Assembly: GCA_043804895.1 (NCBI GenBank)
Contig: JAZDIN010000020.1
Coordinates: 1 to 55,841 of the forward strand
DNA from: Candidatus Altiarchaeota archaeon
Lineage (GTDB): Archaea > Altiarchaeota > Altiarchaeia > IMC4 > SCGC-AAA252-I15
DNA: 55,841 nucleotides
Direction of reading: 5' to 3'
The notes below the pieces were generated by a model. The model was not told the DNA's origin. It worked only from the letters and a program-made list of their open reading frames with translations, and searched no databases. The translations under genes were made by a program, and so were the position numbers. Positions 18,930-28,518 of this stretch are shown one piece after another (positions within the stretch are counted from its first letter, which is position 1; each line of letters starts with the position of its first letter).

Positions 18930-19967
18930 ATGAAAAAGGGGCTGGACAAAAAGCCTGACACTTATGCTAAGGCTGGCGTTGACTTTAGGAAGGAGGATAG
19001 GGCTGTTAAGGGCATACAGGGCTGGGTCAGAAAGACGTTCAGCACCAGGAGGGGGAGGCTAGGCGATGTCATGCAGGATATCGGAGCCTACGCGAACCTC
19101 ATAGACATGGGCGAATACGCGCTCGCATTCTGCATGGACGGCGTCGGGAGCAAGGTGCTTGTCGCGCAGGAACTTCAGAAGTACGACACAATCGGTATAG
19201 ATTGCGTTGCTATGAACGTGAACGACGCGATATGCCTCGGCGCCGAGCCGATATCAATGGTGGACTACCTCGCAATGCAACATACTAACGGCGAGATGGC
19301 TAAGGAGATATCGAAAGGCCTTTACGAGGGTGCGAAGCAGTCGGACATAGCAATCGTCGGGGGGGAGACTGCATCTCTGCCGGACATAATAACGGGAGTT
19401 GGCGGCAAAGGCTTTGACATAGCGGCGGCAGTCATAGGAATTGTCAAGAAGGATAGGATAGTCACAGGTGAGAAGATAAGCGTCGGGGACGTGGTCCTCG
19501 GCTTCGGAAGCTCAGGCATACACAGCAACGGACTCACCCTCGCAAGGAGGGTGCTGCCGAGGAATATGTGGATGAACATACTCACGCCCACAAGGATATA
19601 TGTGAAGGAAGTCCTGGAACTCCTGAAGAACTATGACATACACGGCCTCGCTCATATAACCGGAGGGGGATTCCTGAACCTGTGCAGGCTGACGAAACAC
19701 GGCTTCAAGCTGGACGGGATGCCAGAGCCGCAGATGATATTCAAGAAGATACAGGAGCTGGGGAAGGTCTCGGATGAGGAGATGTACCGTACATTCAACA
19801 TGGGGGTGGGTTTCTGCATCATGGTCTCATCGAAGGACGCTGAGGAGATAGTCGCCAAATACGGCGAAAAATACGACCTGAGGAAGGTAGGTTCCGTGGT
19901 CGAGAAACCAGGAGTCACGATAATAAGAAAAGACGTTGAAATAAGATTGGAGAGAGTAATGTATTAG
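18930..19967 (+). CDS. purM: AIR synthase
   Basis: Motifs TYAKAGVD, DGVGSK, GGETA, SSGIHSNG, AHITGGG and TFNMGVG. Confidence 0.96.
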   Translation: MKKGLDKKPDTYAKAGVDFRKEDRAVKGIQGWVRKTFSTRRGRLGDVMQDIGAYANLIDMGEYALAFCMDGVGSKVLVAQELQKYDTIGIDCVAMNVNDAICLGAEPISMVDYLAMQHTNGEMAKEISKGLYEGAKQSDIAIVGGETASLPDIITGVGGKGFDIAAAVIGIVKKDRIVTGEKISVGDVVLGFGSSGIHSNGLTLARRVLPRNMWMNILTPTRIYVKEVLELLKNYDIHGLAHITGGGFLNLCRLTKHGFKLDGMPEPQMIFKKIQELGKVSDEEMYRTFNMGVGFCIMVSSKDAEEIVAKYGEKYDLRKVGSVVEKPGVTIIRKDVEIRLERVMY

Positions 19968-19978
19968 AGGTGAGCGAT

Positions 19979-20893
19979 ATGCCTATAACAAAAACAGACA
20001 AAATCTGGGTGAATGGGAACCTTGTGGGCTGGGACAGCGCCCAGACACACATACTGACGCACGCCCTACACTACGGCTCAGGCGTCTTCGAAGGCGTAAG
20101 ATGCTACAAGACTATTAAGGGGCCGGCGGTATTCCGTCTTAGGGAGCACGTCAAACGCCTCTTCGACTCGGCAAGGCTCTACTATATGAGCATACCCTAC
20201 ACACAAACAGAGGTTGAGGATGCAATAAAGAAGACGATAAAAGCAAACAAGCTAGACGCATGCTACATACGGCCGATAGTATACAGGGGCTACGGGGAGA
20301 TGGGATTGAACCCGCTCAAATGCCCAGTCGACGTTGCAATAGCAGTTTGGCCGTGGGGGAGCTACCTCGGCGAAGAGGGAATGAAGAACGGCATAAGAAC
20401 CATGATAGTGTCTATAGAGAGGTTCAACAGCAACGTGATACCGACGAGGGCGAAGGCCACCGGACAGTACATAAACAGCATACTCGCTAAACTACACGCT
20501 CTGAAGGCAGGATATGACGAGGCCATAATGCTCAACAACAGGGGCATGGTGTCTGAAGGCTCAGGTGAGAATATATTCATCGTAAAGGATGGAGGGGTGT
20601 ACACTCCGCCAGAGCATGCAAGCATACTGATGGGCATAACCAGGGACAGCGTGATGAGGATAGCGAAGGACATGAAAATCCAGGTAATCGAGAGGGATAT
20701 GGATAAGGGGACACTCTACACCGCCGACGAGGCGTTCCTCACTGGGACAGCGGCTGAGGTCACGCCGATACGCGAGGTAGACGGGCATATGATAGGTAAA
20801 CCAGGCCCAATCACGCTGAGGATACAGAGGAAGTTCTTCGACGTAGTGTCAGGCAAGGAAAGGAAATACGATAAGTGGCTTAGCTACGTGTGA
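19979..20893 (+). CDS. ilvE: Branched-chain amino acid aminotransferase
   Basis: Motifs HALHYGSGVFEG, AKATGQY, EGSGEN and GTAAEV; GAGGTGA RBS before ATG 19979. Confidence 0.95.
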   Translation: MPITKTDKIWVNGNLVGWDSAQTHILTHALHYGSGVFEGVRCYKTIKGPAVFRLREHVKRLFDSARLYYMSIPYTQTEVEDAIKKTIKANKLDACYIRPIVYRGYGEMGLNPLKCPVDVAIAVWPWGSYLGEEGMKNGIRTMIVSIERFNSNVIPTRAKATGQYINSILAKLHALKAGYDEAIMLNNRGMVSEGSGENIFIVKDGGVYTPPEHASILMGITRDSVMRIAKDMKIQVIERDMDKGTLYTADEAFLTGTAAEVTPIREVDGHMIGKPGPITLRIQRKFFDVVSGKERKYDKWLSYV

Positions 20894-20895
20894 TA

Positions 20896-21885
20896 ATGAA
20901 AGTATGCCTCTTCGGTGAACTGAGTAAGGTCCTTGTAGGCAGTGGGATAGGCAGCGCCATAGACCACCAGGAGGAGGCCCTAAGACTAAACGGCGTTGAG
21001 GTCACACGAGACCACAACGACAAATTCGACGTCATAGACATAAACACCATAGGCCTGCGTTCAGCCTATGTCGCACAGAAGATGAAGTGGGATGGCATAC
21101 CGGTCGTGATGCACACCCACACGACAGCCGAGGACTTCAAGGACAGCTTCAGGCTGACGACGAGACTAGCCCCCAGGCTTAAAACTTACCTAAGGTTCTT
21201 CTACGACCAGGCGGACATGCTCATATCGCCGACTGAATACACGAAGAACGTCATAAGAAGCTACGGCCTCAGGCGTGAGACGCATGTGGTAAGCAACGGC
21301 GTGAACATTGAGAGATTCAAGCCGGACAGGAAAGCCCGTGAATCCTACAGGACCAGATACAAGTTTGAAGGGATTGTACCGTACAGCGTAGGCCATGTGT
21401 TCAAGAGGAAGGGTATCCTGGATTTCATGGAACTTGCAAGGATGTTCCCCCAGAACAGATTCCTCTGGGTCGGGAGGGACTACGGGAACTTCGTGGACCG
21501 GGAAATCAAGACTGCTGTGAAGAACAAACCGGCCAACGTCATGATAACAGGGTTTGTTAAGGAAATTGTCGCGGCATACAATGCAGGCGACATATTCGTG
21601 TTCCCAAGCTATTGCGAAAACCAAGGCATCGCCATATTGGAGGCCGCAGCCTGCGGCAAGCCAATAATTGTGCGCGACATACCAACATACGACGGCTGGC
21701 TCAAGCACGGTGTGAACTGCCTTAAGGCGAAAGACCTTATGGAATTCCAGAGGCACCTCAGAGCGCTGATGTGCGACGAGAAACGTTGCGAGGAGCTAGC
21801 TGAAAACGCGCACATAATGTCACAGGAGCACAACCTAAAGATCGTTGGCGCGCAACTCAAGAGAGCGTACGAGTCACTAATGTAA
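20896..21885 (+). CDS. GT4 glycosyltransferase
   Basis: Motifs VSNGV, KRKG and FPSYCENQGIAILEA. Confidence 0.9.
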   Translation: MKVCLFGELSKVLVGSGIGSAIDHQEEALRLNGVEVTRDHNDKFDVIDINTIGLRSAYVAQKMKWDGIPVVMHTHTTAEDFKDSFRLTTRLAPRLKTYLRFFYDQADMLISPTEYTKNVIRSYGLRRETHVVSNGVNIERFKPDRKARESYRTRYKFEGIVPYSVGHVFKRKGILDFMELARMFPQNRFLWVGRDYGNFVDREIKTAVKNKPANVMITGFVKEIVAAYNAGDIFVFPSYCENQGIAILEAAACGKPIIVRDIPTYDGWLKHGVNCLKAKDLMEFQRHLRALMCDEKRCEELAENAHIMSQEHNLKIVGAQLKRAYESLM

Positions 21886-21886
21886 C

Positions 21887-23005
21887 ATGAACATCGGATT
21901 TTTCACTGACAGCTACTTCCCGCAGGTGAACGGGGTAACATACACCGTAGAGTTGTGGAGGAGGAAACTTGAGGAACGCGGCCATAATGTGTACATATAC
22001 TACCCTGGGGAGGGGAGCTACACACCAAAGGAGCGCGAATATCCCTTCAAGTCGGTTGGTCTCAACTTCTACAAAGGCTACCGCTTCGCGATGCCGCTTA
22101 ATATTAGTGATGAAACTAAGCACCTTGACATAATCCATGAGCACGGAGTCGTAGGAATGGCTGTCGCCGGACTGCTTGCAGCCAGGACGCATAAGATACC
22201 GAAGATTCTGACTTTCCACACGCCAATCGACGAGTACACGCAGTATCTCACCTCAAACAGGATTCTCATATGGGTCCTGAAGGGAATGTACAGACCATGG
22301 GAGCGGATTTTGCTAAACTCATTCGACTTGGTCACCACCGCATCCCAGGCTATTAGGGAGCGGTTGGAGGGAAACGGCGTCAGGGATGTGGAGGTCCTGA
22401 GCAACGGGATAGATTTGAGCCAGTTTTACAGAGTGGATGGGAGCGGATTCAGAAGAGAATATGGCATAGAGGACAGCAAAGTCATCGGATTCTGCGGGAG
22501 GTTAAGCTATGAGAAGCACGTTGAGGACTTGATAAACGCCGCGGACAGGTTCAACGGCACAATCCTGATTGCAGGGAAAGGCCCTGCAGAGGAGTACTAT
22601 AAGAAGCTGGCTGAAGGGAAGAGGAACGTTAAGGTCCTGGGTTTCCTTAACAGAAATACCCTCAGGGAATTCTACTCGACACTCGATGTCTTCGTGTTCC
22701 CGAGCGTTGCGGAAACGCAGGGGCTCGTCGCCCTAGAGTCCATGGCGGCTGGGGTGCCGGTGGTGGGGGTGCCAGTGCTTGCGCTAAAGAACACGATAAC
22801 GAACGGCGTCACAGGATACCACTACGCGAGGGGGAACATTGACGAGCTCCTACAGAAGATTGAGGAATGCTATAAGAACAAGAGCATACTATCTAAGAAC
22901 TGCCTGATGGAGGCTGAAAGGAATTCAGTTGAGAAGAGCATCGACCGCCTTGAGGAAATCTACTCCGGCCTGTCCACAAGGCGCATGACATTTAAGCCGA
23001 CGTGA
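21887..23005 (+). CDS. GT4 glycosyltransferase (monoglycosyl-lipid synthase-like)
   Basis: Motifs FTDSYFPQVNGV, GRLSYEK and ETQGLVALE. Confidence 0.9.
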   Translation: MNIGFFTDSYFPQVNGVTYTVELWRRKLEERGHNVYIYYPGEGSYTPKEREYPFKSVGLNFYKGYRFAMPLNISDETKHLDIIHEHGVVGMAVAGLLAARTHKIPKILTFHTPIDEYTQYLTSNRILIWVLKGMYRPWERILLNSFDLVTTASQAIRERLEGNGVRDVEVLSNGIDLSQFYRVDGSGFRREYGIEDSKVIGFCGRLSYEKHVEDLINAADRFNGTILIAGKGPAEEYYKKLAEGKRNVKVLGFLNRNTLREFYSTLDVFVFPSVAETQGLVALESMAAGVPVVGVPVLALKNTITNGVTGYHYARGNIDELLQKIEECYKNKSILSKNCLMEAERNSVEKSIDRLEEIYSGLSTRRMTFKPT

Positions 23006-23973
23006 AGAGACGCCAGGAAACCGGCGATAATCGGGGCCCAGAAGAATAGTATCCGGTCCAAAAACACTATGACCGCGGCGACCTCAAGGCTTATACCGAA
23101 CAGTGTGAAAAGTCCTGTGCCGACCCACTCCCACAACCCGATGGCGCCGGGCAGTAGTGGCAGTGCGCCGACCGTGACCATCACCGTGTAGACTATCAGT
23201 ATGACGTCGAAGTTCACAGAAACGCCCAAGAGCACGAATATGAGGTATATCCTCACTATGCTCAGGACCCATACGAGCGAGGATATGAGGAGTGCAACGG
23301 AGAGCGTCCACACATCCATCATATTGTCTTTTATCCCCCTGTGGAAGCTACTGAATAACTCGTCGACGCGACTCTCAACCCTGAGCACATGCCTCCTCAG
23401 GAAACTGATCCTTGCGAATATTGCCAGAAGCCTGTTGAAGAACTTCATCGACGGCTCCCTGTCAAGGAGTATGCTAAACGAAGCGGCAATCAATGCTATG
23501 AGGAAGAGGGATATGATGGCAAGAAGCCAGGCTATCCTCAGGTCGAAGGAGTAGTGGAATATAAGCATAATTGCCAGAAGGTCTAAAAGGAGGACTGGGA
23601 GGATTGTGACGAACAAGTCAACAAATACTGTGGCGAAGGCCTTCTCCATCTTTATCTTGTCAATCCTGCTCAGCACATACGCCTTGATGGGCTCGCCACC
23701 TGCGACGCCCGCGGGAGTCAGGTTGTTGACCATAGAACCTATGAGGGAGGTGGTGAATACGTTGACGAACGAAACCGCGTAGCGGCGCAGAAGGACATAC
23801 CACTTCAGGGAGTTAAGTAACATGATGACAGCCTGCAGTATCAAAAGCAACGCAACAGAGCCGAAGGTCAGCTTAGAGGCGGCGCGGAAGAACTCATCGT
23901 AGTCAAGGGAGTAGAGGAGCGTGGCAAGAAGAAGCACGCTTATAGTGAAAAGAATCGTGCGCTTCACGTACAT
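22960..23973 (-). CDS. UPF0104 / LPG-synthase-TM flippase-like membrane protein
   Basis: Motifs NNLTPAGVAGGEP, PGAIGLWE and DR. ATG 23973 has an AAGGTGA RBS; the track extension runs into a repeat. Confidence 0.88.
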   Translation of the reverse strand: MYVKRTILFTISVLLLATLLYSLDYDEFFRAASKLTFGSVALLLILQAVIMLLNSLKWYVLLRRYAVSFVNVFTTSLIGSMVNNLTPAGVAGGEPIKAYVLSRIDKIKMEKAFATVFVDLFVTILPVLLLDLLAIMLIFHYSFDLRIAWLLAIISLFLIALIAASFSILLDREPSMKFFNRLLAIFARISFLRRHVLRVESRVDELFSSFHRGIKDNMMDVWTLSVALLISSLVWVLSIVRIYLIFVLLGVSVNFDVILIVYTVMVTVGALPLLPGAIGLWEWVGTGLFTLFGISLEVAAVIVFLDRILFFWAPIIAGFLASLHVGLNVMRLVDRPE

Positions 23974-23996
23974 GAAGTAGATATCACCTTTGCAAG

Positions 23997-24102
23997 ATAA
24001 TAACCCCCATCCTTTAGGCTGTGGTTTTATCCTGATAGAGTAGAAGATGTACATGCGCATTCATCCACAACATAAAGGTTGTGGTCTCCTACTCTATCTT
24101 GG
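23997..24102. mobile_element. Miniature non-autonomous IS200/IS605-like element, copy A
   Basis: Two subterminal hairpins (ACCCCCATCCTTTAGGCTGTGGT and CCACAACATAAAGGTTGTGG), GCATTCATCC motif, homologous to 35075..35178, no transposase. Confidence 0.7.
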
Positions 24103-24109
24103 ATAAATC

Positions 24110-24787
24110 TTAGAACAAGAGTGTGGTGCCTTTGAAATGTCTGCCTTCTATCGCATCCTCCAAGTTCTTTAGGTTCCTGGCATCGAGGATTATGGTCTTT
24201 ATTTTGCTTCGTTCTACTATCCTCGCAGAGACTAAGTCGAGTAGTGGGTACTTCCCGGCTTCCATTGAGCCGCCGCCGACTATCCTCAGGAGGGTCGCTA
24301 TGTCCACCTCCTTGAACGGCTTCGCATCCTTATGCTCCTTCGGGTTCTTGTCATACACCGCGTCAACGTTAGAGGCGTTTATGAACAAGTCCGCCCTCAC
24401 CCACTCGGCAATCAACGCGGCGACCGCATCAGTCGAATGCCCAGGTTCGGTCCCGCCCATGACGAGGATTTTATTGCCGAACAAGACTACTGCCTCGGGT
24501 AGGGACGTTGGGATTTCCTGGTTGGACCGCCCAGCAAGAGCGCGGATTAACGCATTGGCATTATACCGTGTGGCAAGGACCCCGACATAGTCGCACTCAG
24601 CCCATGAAGCACCGCCCGCCCGCGCCTTAGAGATGGCCTTCCTCGCCGGTGCGCCGCCGCCGACGACAACAGCCAGCTTATGCTTCACTGAAAGCTTAAT
24701 CAGGAGGTCAGCAATGTTCTTGACGTACTCGAGGTCAACTCCATCCGGAGCCAACACACTGCCGCCTATCGACAGGACGATTTTCAT
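24110..24787 (-). CDS. pyrH: Uridylate kinase
   Basis: Motifs MKIVLSIGGS, VVGGG, GGTEPGHSTDAVA and VYDKNP; start trimmed. Confidence 0.95.
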   Translation of the reverse strand: MKIVLSIGGSVLAPDGVDLEYVKNIADLLIKLSVKHKLAVVVGGGAPARKAISKARAGGASWAECDYVGVLATRYNANALIRALAGRSNQEIPTSLPEAVVLFGNKILVMGGTEPGHSTDAVAALIAEWVRADLFINASNVDAVYDKNPKEHKDAKPFKEVDIATLLRIVGGGSMEAGKYPLLDLVSARIVERSKIKTIILDARNLKNLEDAIEGRHFKGTTLLF

Positions 24788-24790
24788 TGT

Positions 24791-24920
24791 AGTTATAGGT
24801 GATTGCAAATGTTCTCGTACTTTGGATTTTGGCATTTGCAATCAGATATATCGAATTGCACGAATTTAAGTCGAGTTCTAGTTAAGCAAAGTACGATGAC
24901 GTATGCAATTCGCTATAATT
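24791..24920. repeat. Structured ~130-nt intergenic element, copy A (two hairpins with complementary loops)
   Basis: Stems 24800-11/24833-44 (12/12) and 24847-60/24904-17 (13/14); loop TCGTACTTTG is complementary to CAAAGTACGA. Confidence 0.75.
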
Positions 24921-26471
24921 TCACTTGAGGGAAGATAAATTTGTATTAATCCTTCTTATTATTATCTCATCGTTGGTGAACACAGGCACAGAGTTCTCAC
25001 TCAGTTTATCGTTGACTGCCCTCACTTCCCTTAACCTCTCAGCCCTCCTTTGGGGTTGGATGAAAGGCATGTTCGAGTCAAGAAGGGCATAGACTTCACC
25101 AGTTAATTTAACAGGCTCCTTTTCAATGTAGTATGTGCCATTTAATGGCCTAAGAAGCATCCTGTCACTCAAGACGGTACCCCAGGACAGCATGAAGTCA
25201 TTGTAACCGAAGTATGCTACCAAGGACCGCCCACCAGTGTTTGTTTTAAGCCAGTTCAACGCCTCCATCTGCATTGGTGTTAGGCGAACGCCAACAGGGA
25301 ATAGATTCTCCCCGACATTGCACAGAGGGGGTAGTTGGGTCAATACTAAGATTGCTAGTAGTAGTAGGTAGGCTGCTTTTATCCCACGACCTTTCACAAG
25401 CTTCGTTGATAATGGCACTGAAAACGCTATTAAAAGGACATAAGGTTCTAGTGTTACAACCTTTAGAGCCCTCATATGGCTGAAATGGAGGGTGGAATGG
25501 AGTAGTATGTAGAAGACCGCCACCATAACAGCGGAAAGCCTTAATGGTATATGGGCTGCCTTTGCCTTGCACTTTAGGAGGAGAATCACTACTCCAATCA
25601 GAATAAGAACCAAGCCTGGAAGTGTGTAGACGAATATTGGAGCATACCATTCCTTTGGATACACTGGAATGCCTTTCATTTCTGGAGGGTACCAGGAGGT
25701 TAACCCCAACTGATTCCAATCCACACCACCTTCACTGACTGTGTGGTTGACCAACTGCCCCCAGCTTGAGTACATTGGGGAGACTGTGATGAGAAGTATC
25801 GTCAAGGACAGTAGAAGTTGTCGCAGACTCCAGGGTAGTTTCCCCTTAGTCTGGAAAAAAGCAAATAGGATGAAGGAGGCTAAGGGGAACACAGCGGTTG
25901 GGGGATATGTTAAGATGCACAATCCTGTTGAGAAGGCGAATAGATATAGATAAGTGTTTTTCTCCATGGACTTGATTCCGAAGTAGAGTATGAGCGGTAC
26001 GAAAGCTAGACTGTATGCTGTATGCCATTGGCCCCAGTGGAGGGAGGATATATCCCTTATGCTCAGCGCGATGAATAGAGAAGACGCCAAGGCAGGATAC
26101 TCGCCTAGAAGCTCCCTGATTAGCAGGTATGTTGTGAGGATTGCGAGTGAACTGAAGAGTGCATTCACTACATAGACTATGTGCTGGAAATCCCCTGTAA
26201 GCCTGGCAGAAAATGCCATCAGATAGTAGGATAGCGGCGGATAGTAGAATCTATCGTGGCGTAAGTTACTACCTAGGCCATTCCATAGGTAATCCAAGCT
26301 TTTGCCTTCGTACAGCGTCTTCCCGACCTGATAGTGGAATGCCGCATCTCCAAGGCCGTACGGTATGTTAGGCTCGTAGAGGTAAGGCTCCAGTCGTACA
26401 TAGAACCCAAGGAGGAATATTAAGGTAAGTGTTATGTAGGGTGTTACGTTTCTTTTTTGAACTTTCCGCAT
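24921..26471 (-). CDS. Multi-TM GT-C/STT3-like membrane protein
   Basis: GDAAFH loop, YYPPL motif, many TM helices and a C-terminal EALNWLKTNT extracellular domain. Confidence 0.65.
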   Translation of the reverse strand: MRKVQKRNVTPYITLTLIFLLGFYVRLEPYLYEPNIPYGLGDAAFHYQVGKTLYEGKSLDYLWNGLGSNLRHDRFYYPPLSYYLMAFSARLTGDFQHIVYVVNALFSSLAILTTYLLIRELLGEYPALASSLFIALSIRDISSLHWGQWHTAYSLAFVPLILYFGIKSMEKNTYLYLFAFSTGLCILTYPPTAVFPLASFILFAFFQTKGKLPWSLRQLLLSLTILLITVSPMYSSWGQLVNHTVSEGGVDWNQLGLTSWYPPEMKGIPVYPKEWYAPIFVYTLPGLVLILIGVVILLLKCKAKAAHIPLRLSAVMVAVFYILLHSTLHFSHMRALKVVTLEPYVLLIAFSVPLSTKLVKGRGIKAAYLLLLAILVLTQLPPLCNVGENLFPVGVRLTPMQMEALNWLKTNTGGRSLVAYFGYNDFMLSWGTVLSDRMLLRPLNGTYYIEKEPVKLTGEVYALLDSNMPFIQPQRRAERLREVRAVNDKLSENSVPVFTNDEIIIRRINTNLSSLK

Positions 26472-26611
26472 ATGAGCGACCGGCGGCTTCCGCCGCTTGT
26501 CTGATAAGCTGATATCTGCCAAACCATATCACGACTGATGCTGTTCCCTCGGGGGAACAGATATCTTGCTTTTGTATTTAATTAGACCAGGGTATTAATA
26601 ATGTGGTTGGC

Positions 26612-27505
26612 ATGGGACTCGACCTTCTAGTCTTCGGAGACACTGCGATAGACAACTTCTATGAAGTCAAAAAACTGCCTGAGGCGAACGAATCAGCTGA
26701 CATCCTGAAAGGCCACCGGTTCTATGGTGGGATGGGGGCGAACACCGCGATGGGGGCGAAGAAACTCGGACTCAAGGTAGGTCTCGTTAGCGTCATAGGA
26801 ACAGATGCTGAGGATTATAGGGAGTATATGGAGGACCATGGCATAAAGCTCTACCTGAAGGGCATATTCGGCGACACGACAAAGAGCATGTTCTACAAGA
26901 CCGGAGGGGAGCACATAAGCTTCTTCTTCCGAGGCGTCACCGAACAGCTCGACGACCTAAACCCTGAGAAGGAGTTCGGAAAACAGCTTCCGAAGGACGT
27001 GAAGGCCGTTTACATGGCAAGGACTTATCTTGAGATGCATCATAGGGTTGTCGAGTCGTATAGGAACTGCCTTAAGGTCTACAACCCAGGTTATGGGATT
27101 TTCAAGATGGATAGGGTCCCCAGGGCGTTCAAGACTGTTGTTGAGGGCAGCGACGTCATAGTGCTGAACCACCACGAACTGAAGCACCTTGAGAGATTAG
27201 GGTTCAAGATTAAGCCTGACAAAAACCAGACGCTGATAGTTACAAAAGGGGCTGAAGGTGCAAGCGTCTTCGCGAAGGACACGAGAGTCGACGTCCCAGC
27301 ATACAAGACAAAGGTCGTTGACGAGGCCGGAGCAGGCGACGCATTCAACGCAGGCCTCATAACCGGGAGGATGAAAGGTTACGATATATATGAGAGCGTG
27401 AAATTAGCTAACGCGACGGCATCCTACGTGGTTGAGGCGTGGGGATGCCAGACTAACCTCCCAACATGGGAGCAAGTATTGGAGAGGTATGAGAGGATAA
27501 GATGA
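26612..27505 (+). CDS. PfkB-family carbohydrate/nucleoside kinase
   Basis: Motifs GGMGANTA, NHHE, TKGAEG and DEAGAGDAFNAG. Confidence 0.92.
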   Translation: MGLDLLVFGDTAIDNFYEVKKLPEANESADILKGHRFYGGMGANTAMGAKKLGLKVGLVSVIGTDAEDYREYMEDHGIKLYLKGIFGDTTKSMFYKTGGEHISFFFRGVTEQLDDLNPEKEFGKQLPKDVKAVYMARTYLEMHHRVVESYRNCLKVYNPGYGIFKMDRVPRAFKTVVEGSDVIVLNHHELKHLERLGFKIKPDKNQTLIVTKGAEGASVFAKDTRVDVPAYKTKVVDEAGAGDAFNAGLITGRMKGYDIYESVKLANATASYVVEAWGCQTNLPTWEQVLERYERIR

Positions 27506-28518
27506 ACCGGTGGCATGCTGTTGACGCCTTAGACGAGACCGTTGAAAGGACGAAATATCTGCTTCTGCCGTTCAACCTCCGATTTTGGCTGAAACTCGCA
27601 CTCGTCGTCCTATTGGCTGGGGGATTAAGCGGCGGAAACTGGGGGAGGATGACAGACTTGGGCAAGGAGACGACACCAAGCCCTGGAGTGCTGGCGTTTG
27701 CGATGGTGTTCGTGGCCGCCATACTCTTCATAGCACTCATATTCTGGTACGTTTCAGCAGTCGCTAGATTCATCTTCGTGGAAGCGCTCGCCAAAAGGGA
27801 GTTCAACCTTGTGGAATGCTTCAAGCGGCAGGCCGGCAACGGCCTCAAACTGTTCCTGTTCGAGGTTGCCGTGGTGATATCCTTGATTGTATTAGTGGTT
27901 GCCGCCATCATCGCGGGCGTCACATTCTTCCAGACTATCAAGTCGACTATTGCGATGATAGCCATCGGCTTAGCCGCATTCTTGGCAGGGTTGGTTGTGC
28001 TGACTTGTGTCCTGTTGGTCATGTGGCTCGTGTCAGAGTTCACGGTCCCGATAATGTATGGGAGAGGCTGCGGCATCATAAGCGGGGTGAAGGAGGCGCT
28101 GACACTGGCTTCGAGAAACTTCTGGGAGTTCACGGTGTACTCAATAATCAAATTCGCGTTTAGCATCGCAGGCGCGATAATAACACTCCTTGTCGGCCTC
28201 CCATTCTACATCGCTGTCTTCCTGATCGCCTTAGCAGTCGGAGTTGGGGCGTACGTTATTGCGTTATTAGGGAATTTGACATTGACGCCGTTTGTCGCAG
28301 CACTCATTATTGCAGGTGTGGTTGCTCTCGTAATAGTCCAGCTTATCGTGTCCTATATCGTGACCGCCCTCACGCTCCCAATCAGCGTGTTCCTCAGATA
28401 CTACAGCCTCATCTTCCTAGGGAGGATAGCACCGACATTGAACCTCATGGGGCCAGCCAAAAAGAAGCCTGAGGGGGATGAAGCGATTAAAAAAGAAGAA
28501 AAGGTTAAGGTTTACTAG
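27502..28518 (+). CDS. Conserved archaeal multi-TM membrane protein
   Basis: WLKLALVVLL...FLRYYSL pattern; about 6 TM segments. Confidence 0.75.
   Translation: MNRWHAVDALDETVERTKYLLLPFNLRFWLKLALVVLLAGGLSGGNWGRMTDLGKETTPSPGVLAFAMVFVAAILFIALIFWYVSAVARFIFVEALAKREFNLVECFKRQAGNGLKLFLFEVAVVISLIVLVVAAIIAGVTFFQTIKSTIAMIAIGLAAFLAGLVVLTCVLLVMWLVSEFTVPIMYGRGCGIISGVKEALTLASRNFWEFTVYSIIKFAFSIAGAIITLLVGLPFYIAVFLIALAVGVGAYVIALLGNLTLTPFVAALIIAGVVALVIVQLIVSYIVTALTLPISVFLRYYSLIFLGRIAPTLNLMGPAKKKPEGDEAIKKEEKVKVY

Noticed and set aside
23974-24060. N-terminal extension of the flippase ORF
   Set aside because: It reads through the miniature IS-like repeat; an RBS supports ATG 23973.
26475-26560. Two small hairpins and several CTGA motifs, considered as a C/D box sRNA or riboswitch
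   Set aside because: No canonical RTGATGA C box and no recognisable riboswitch consensus; single copy.
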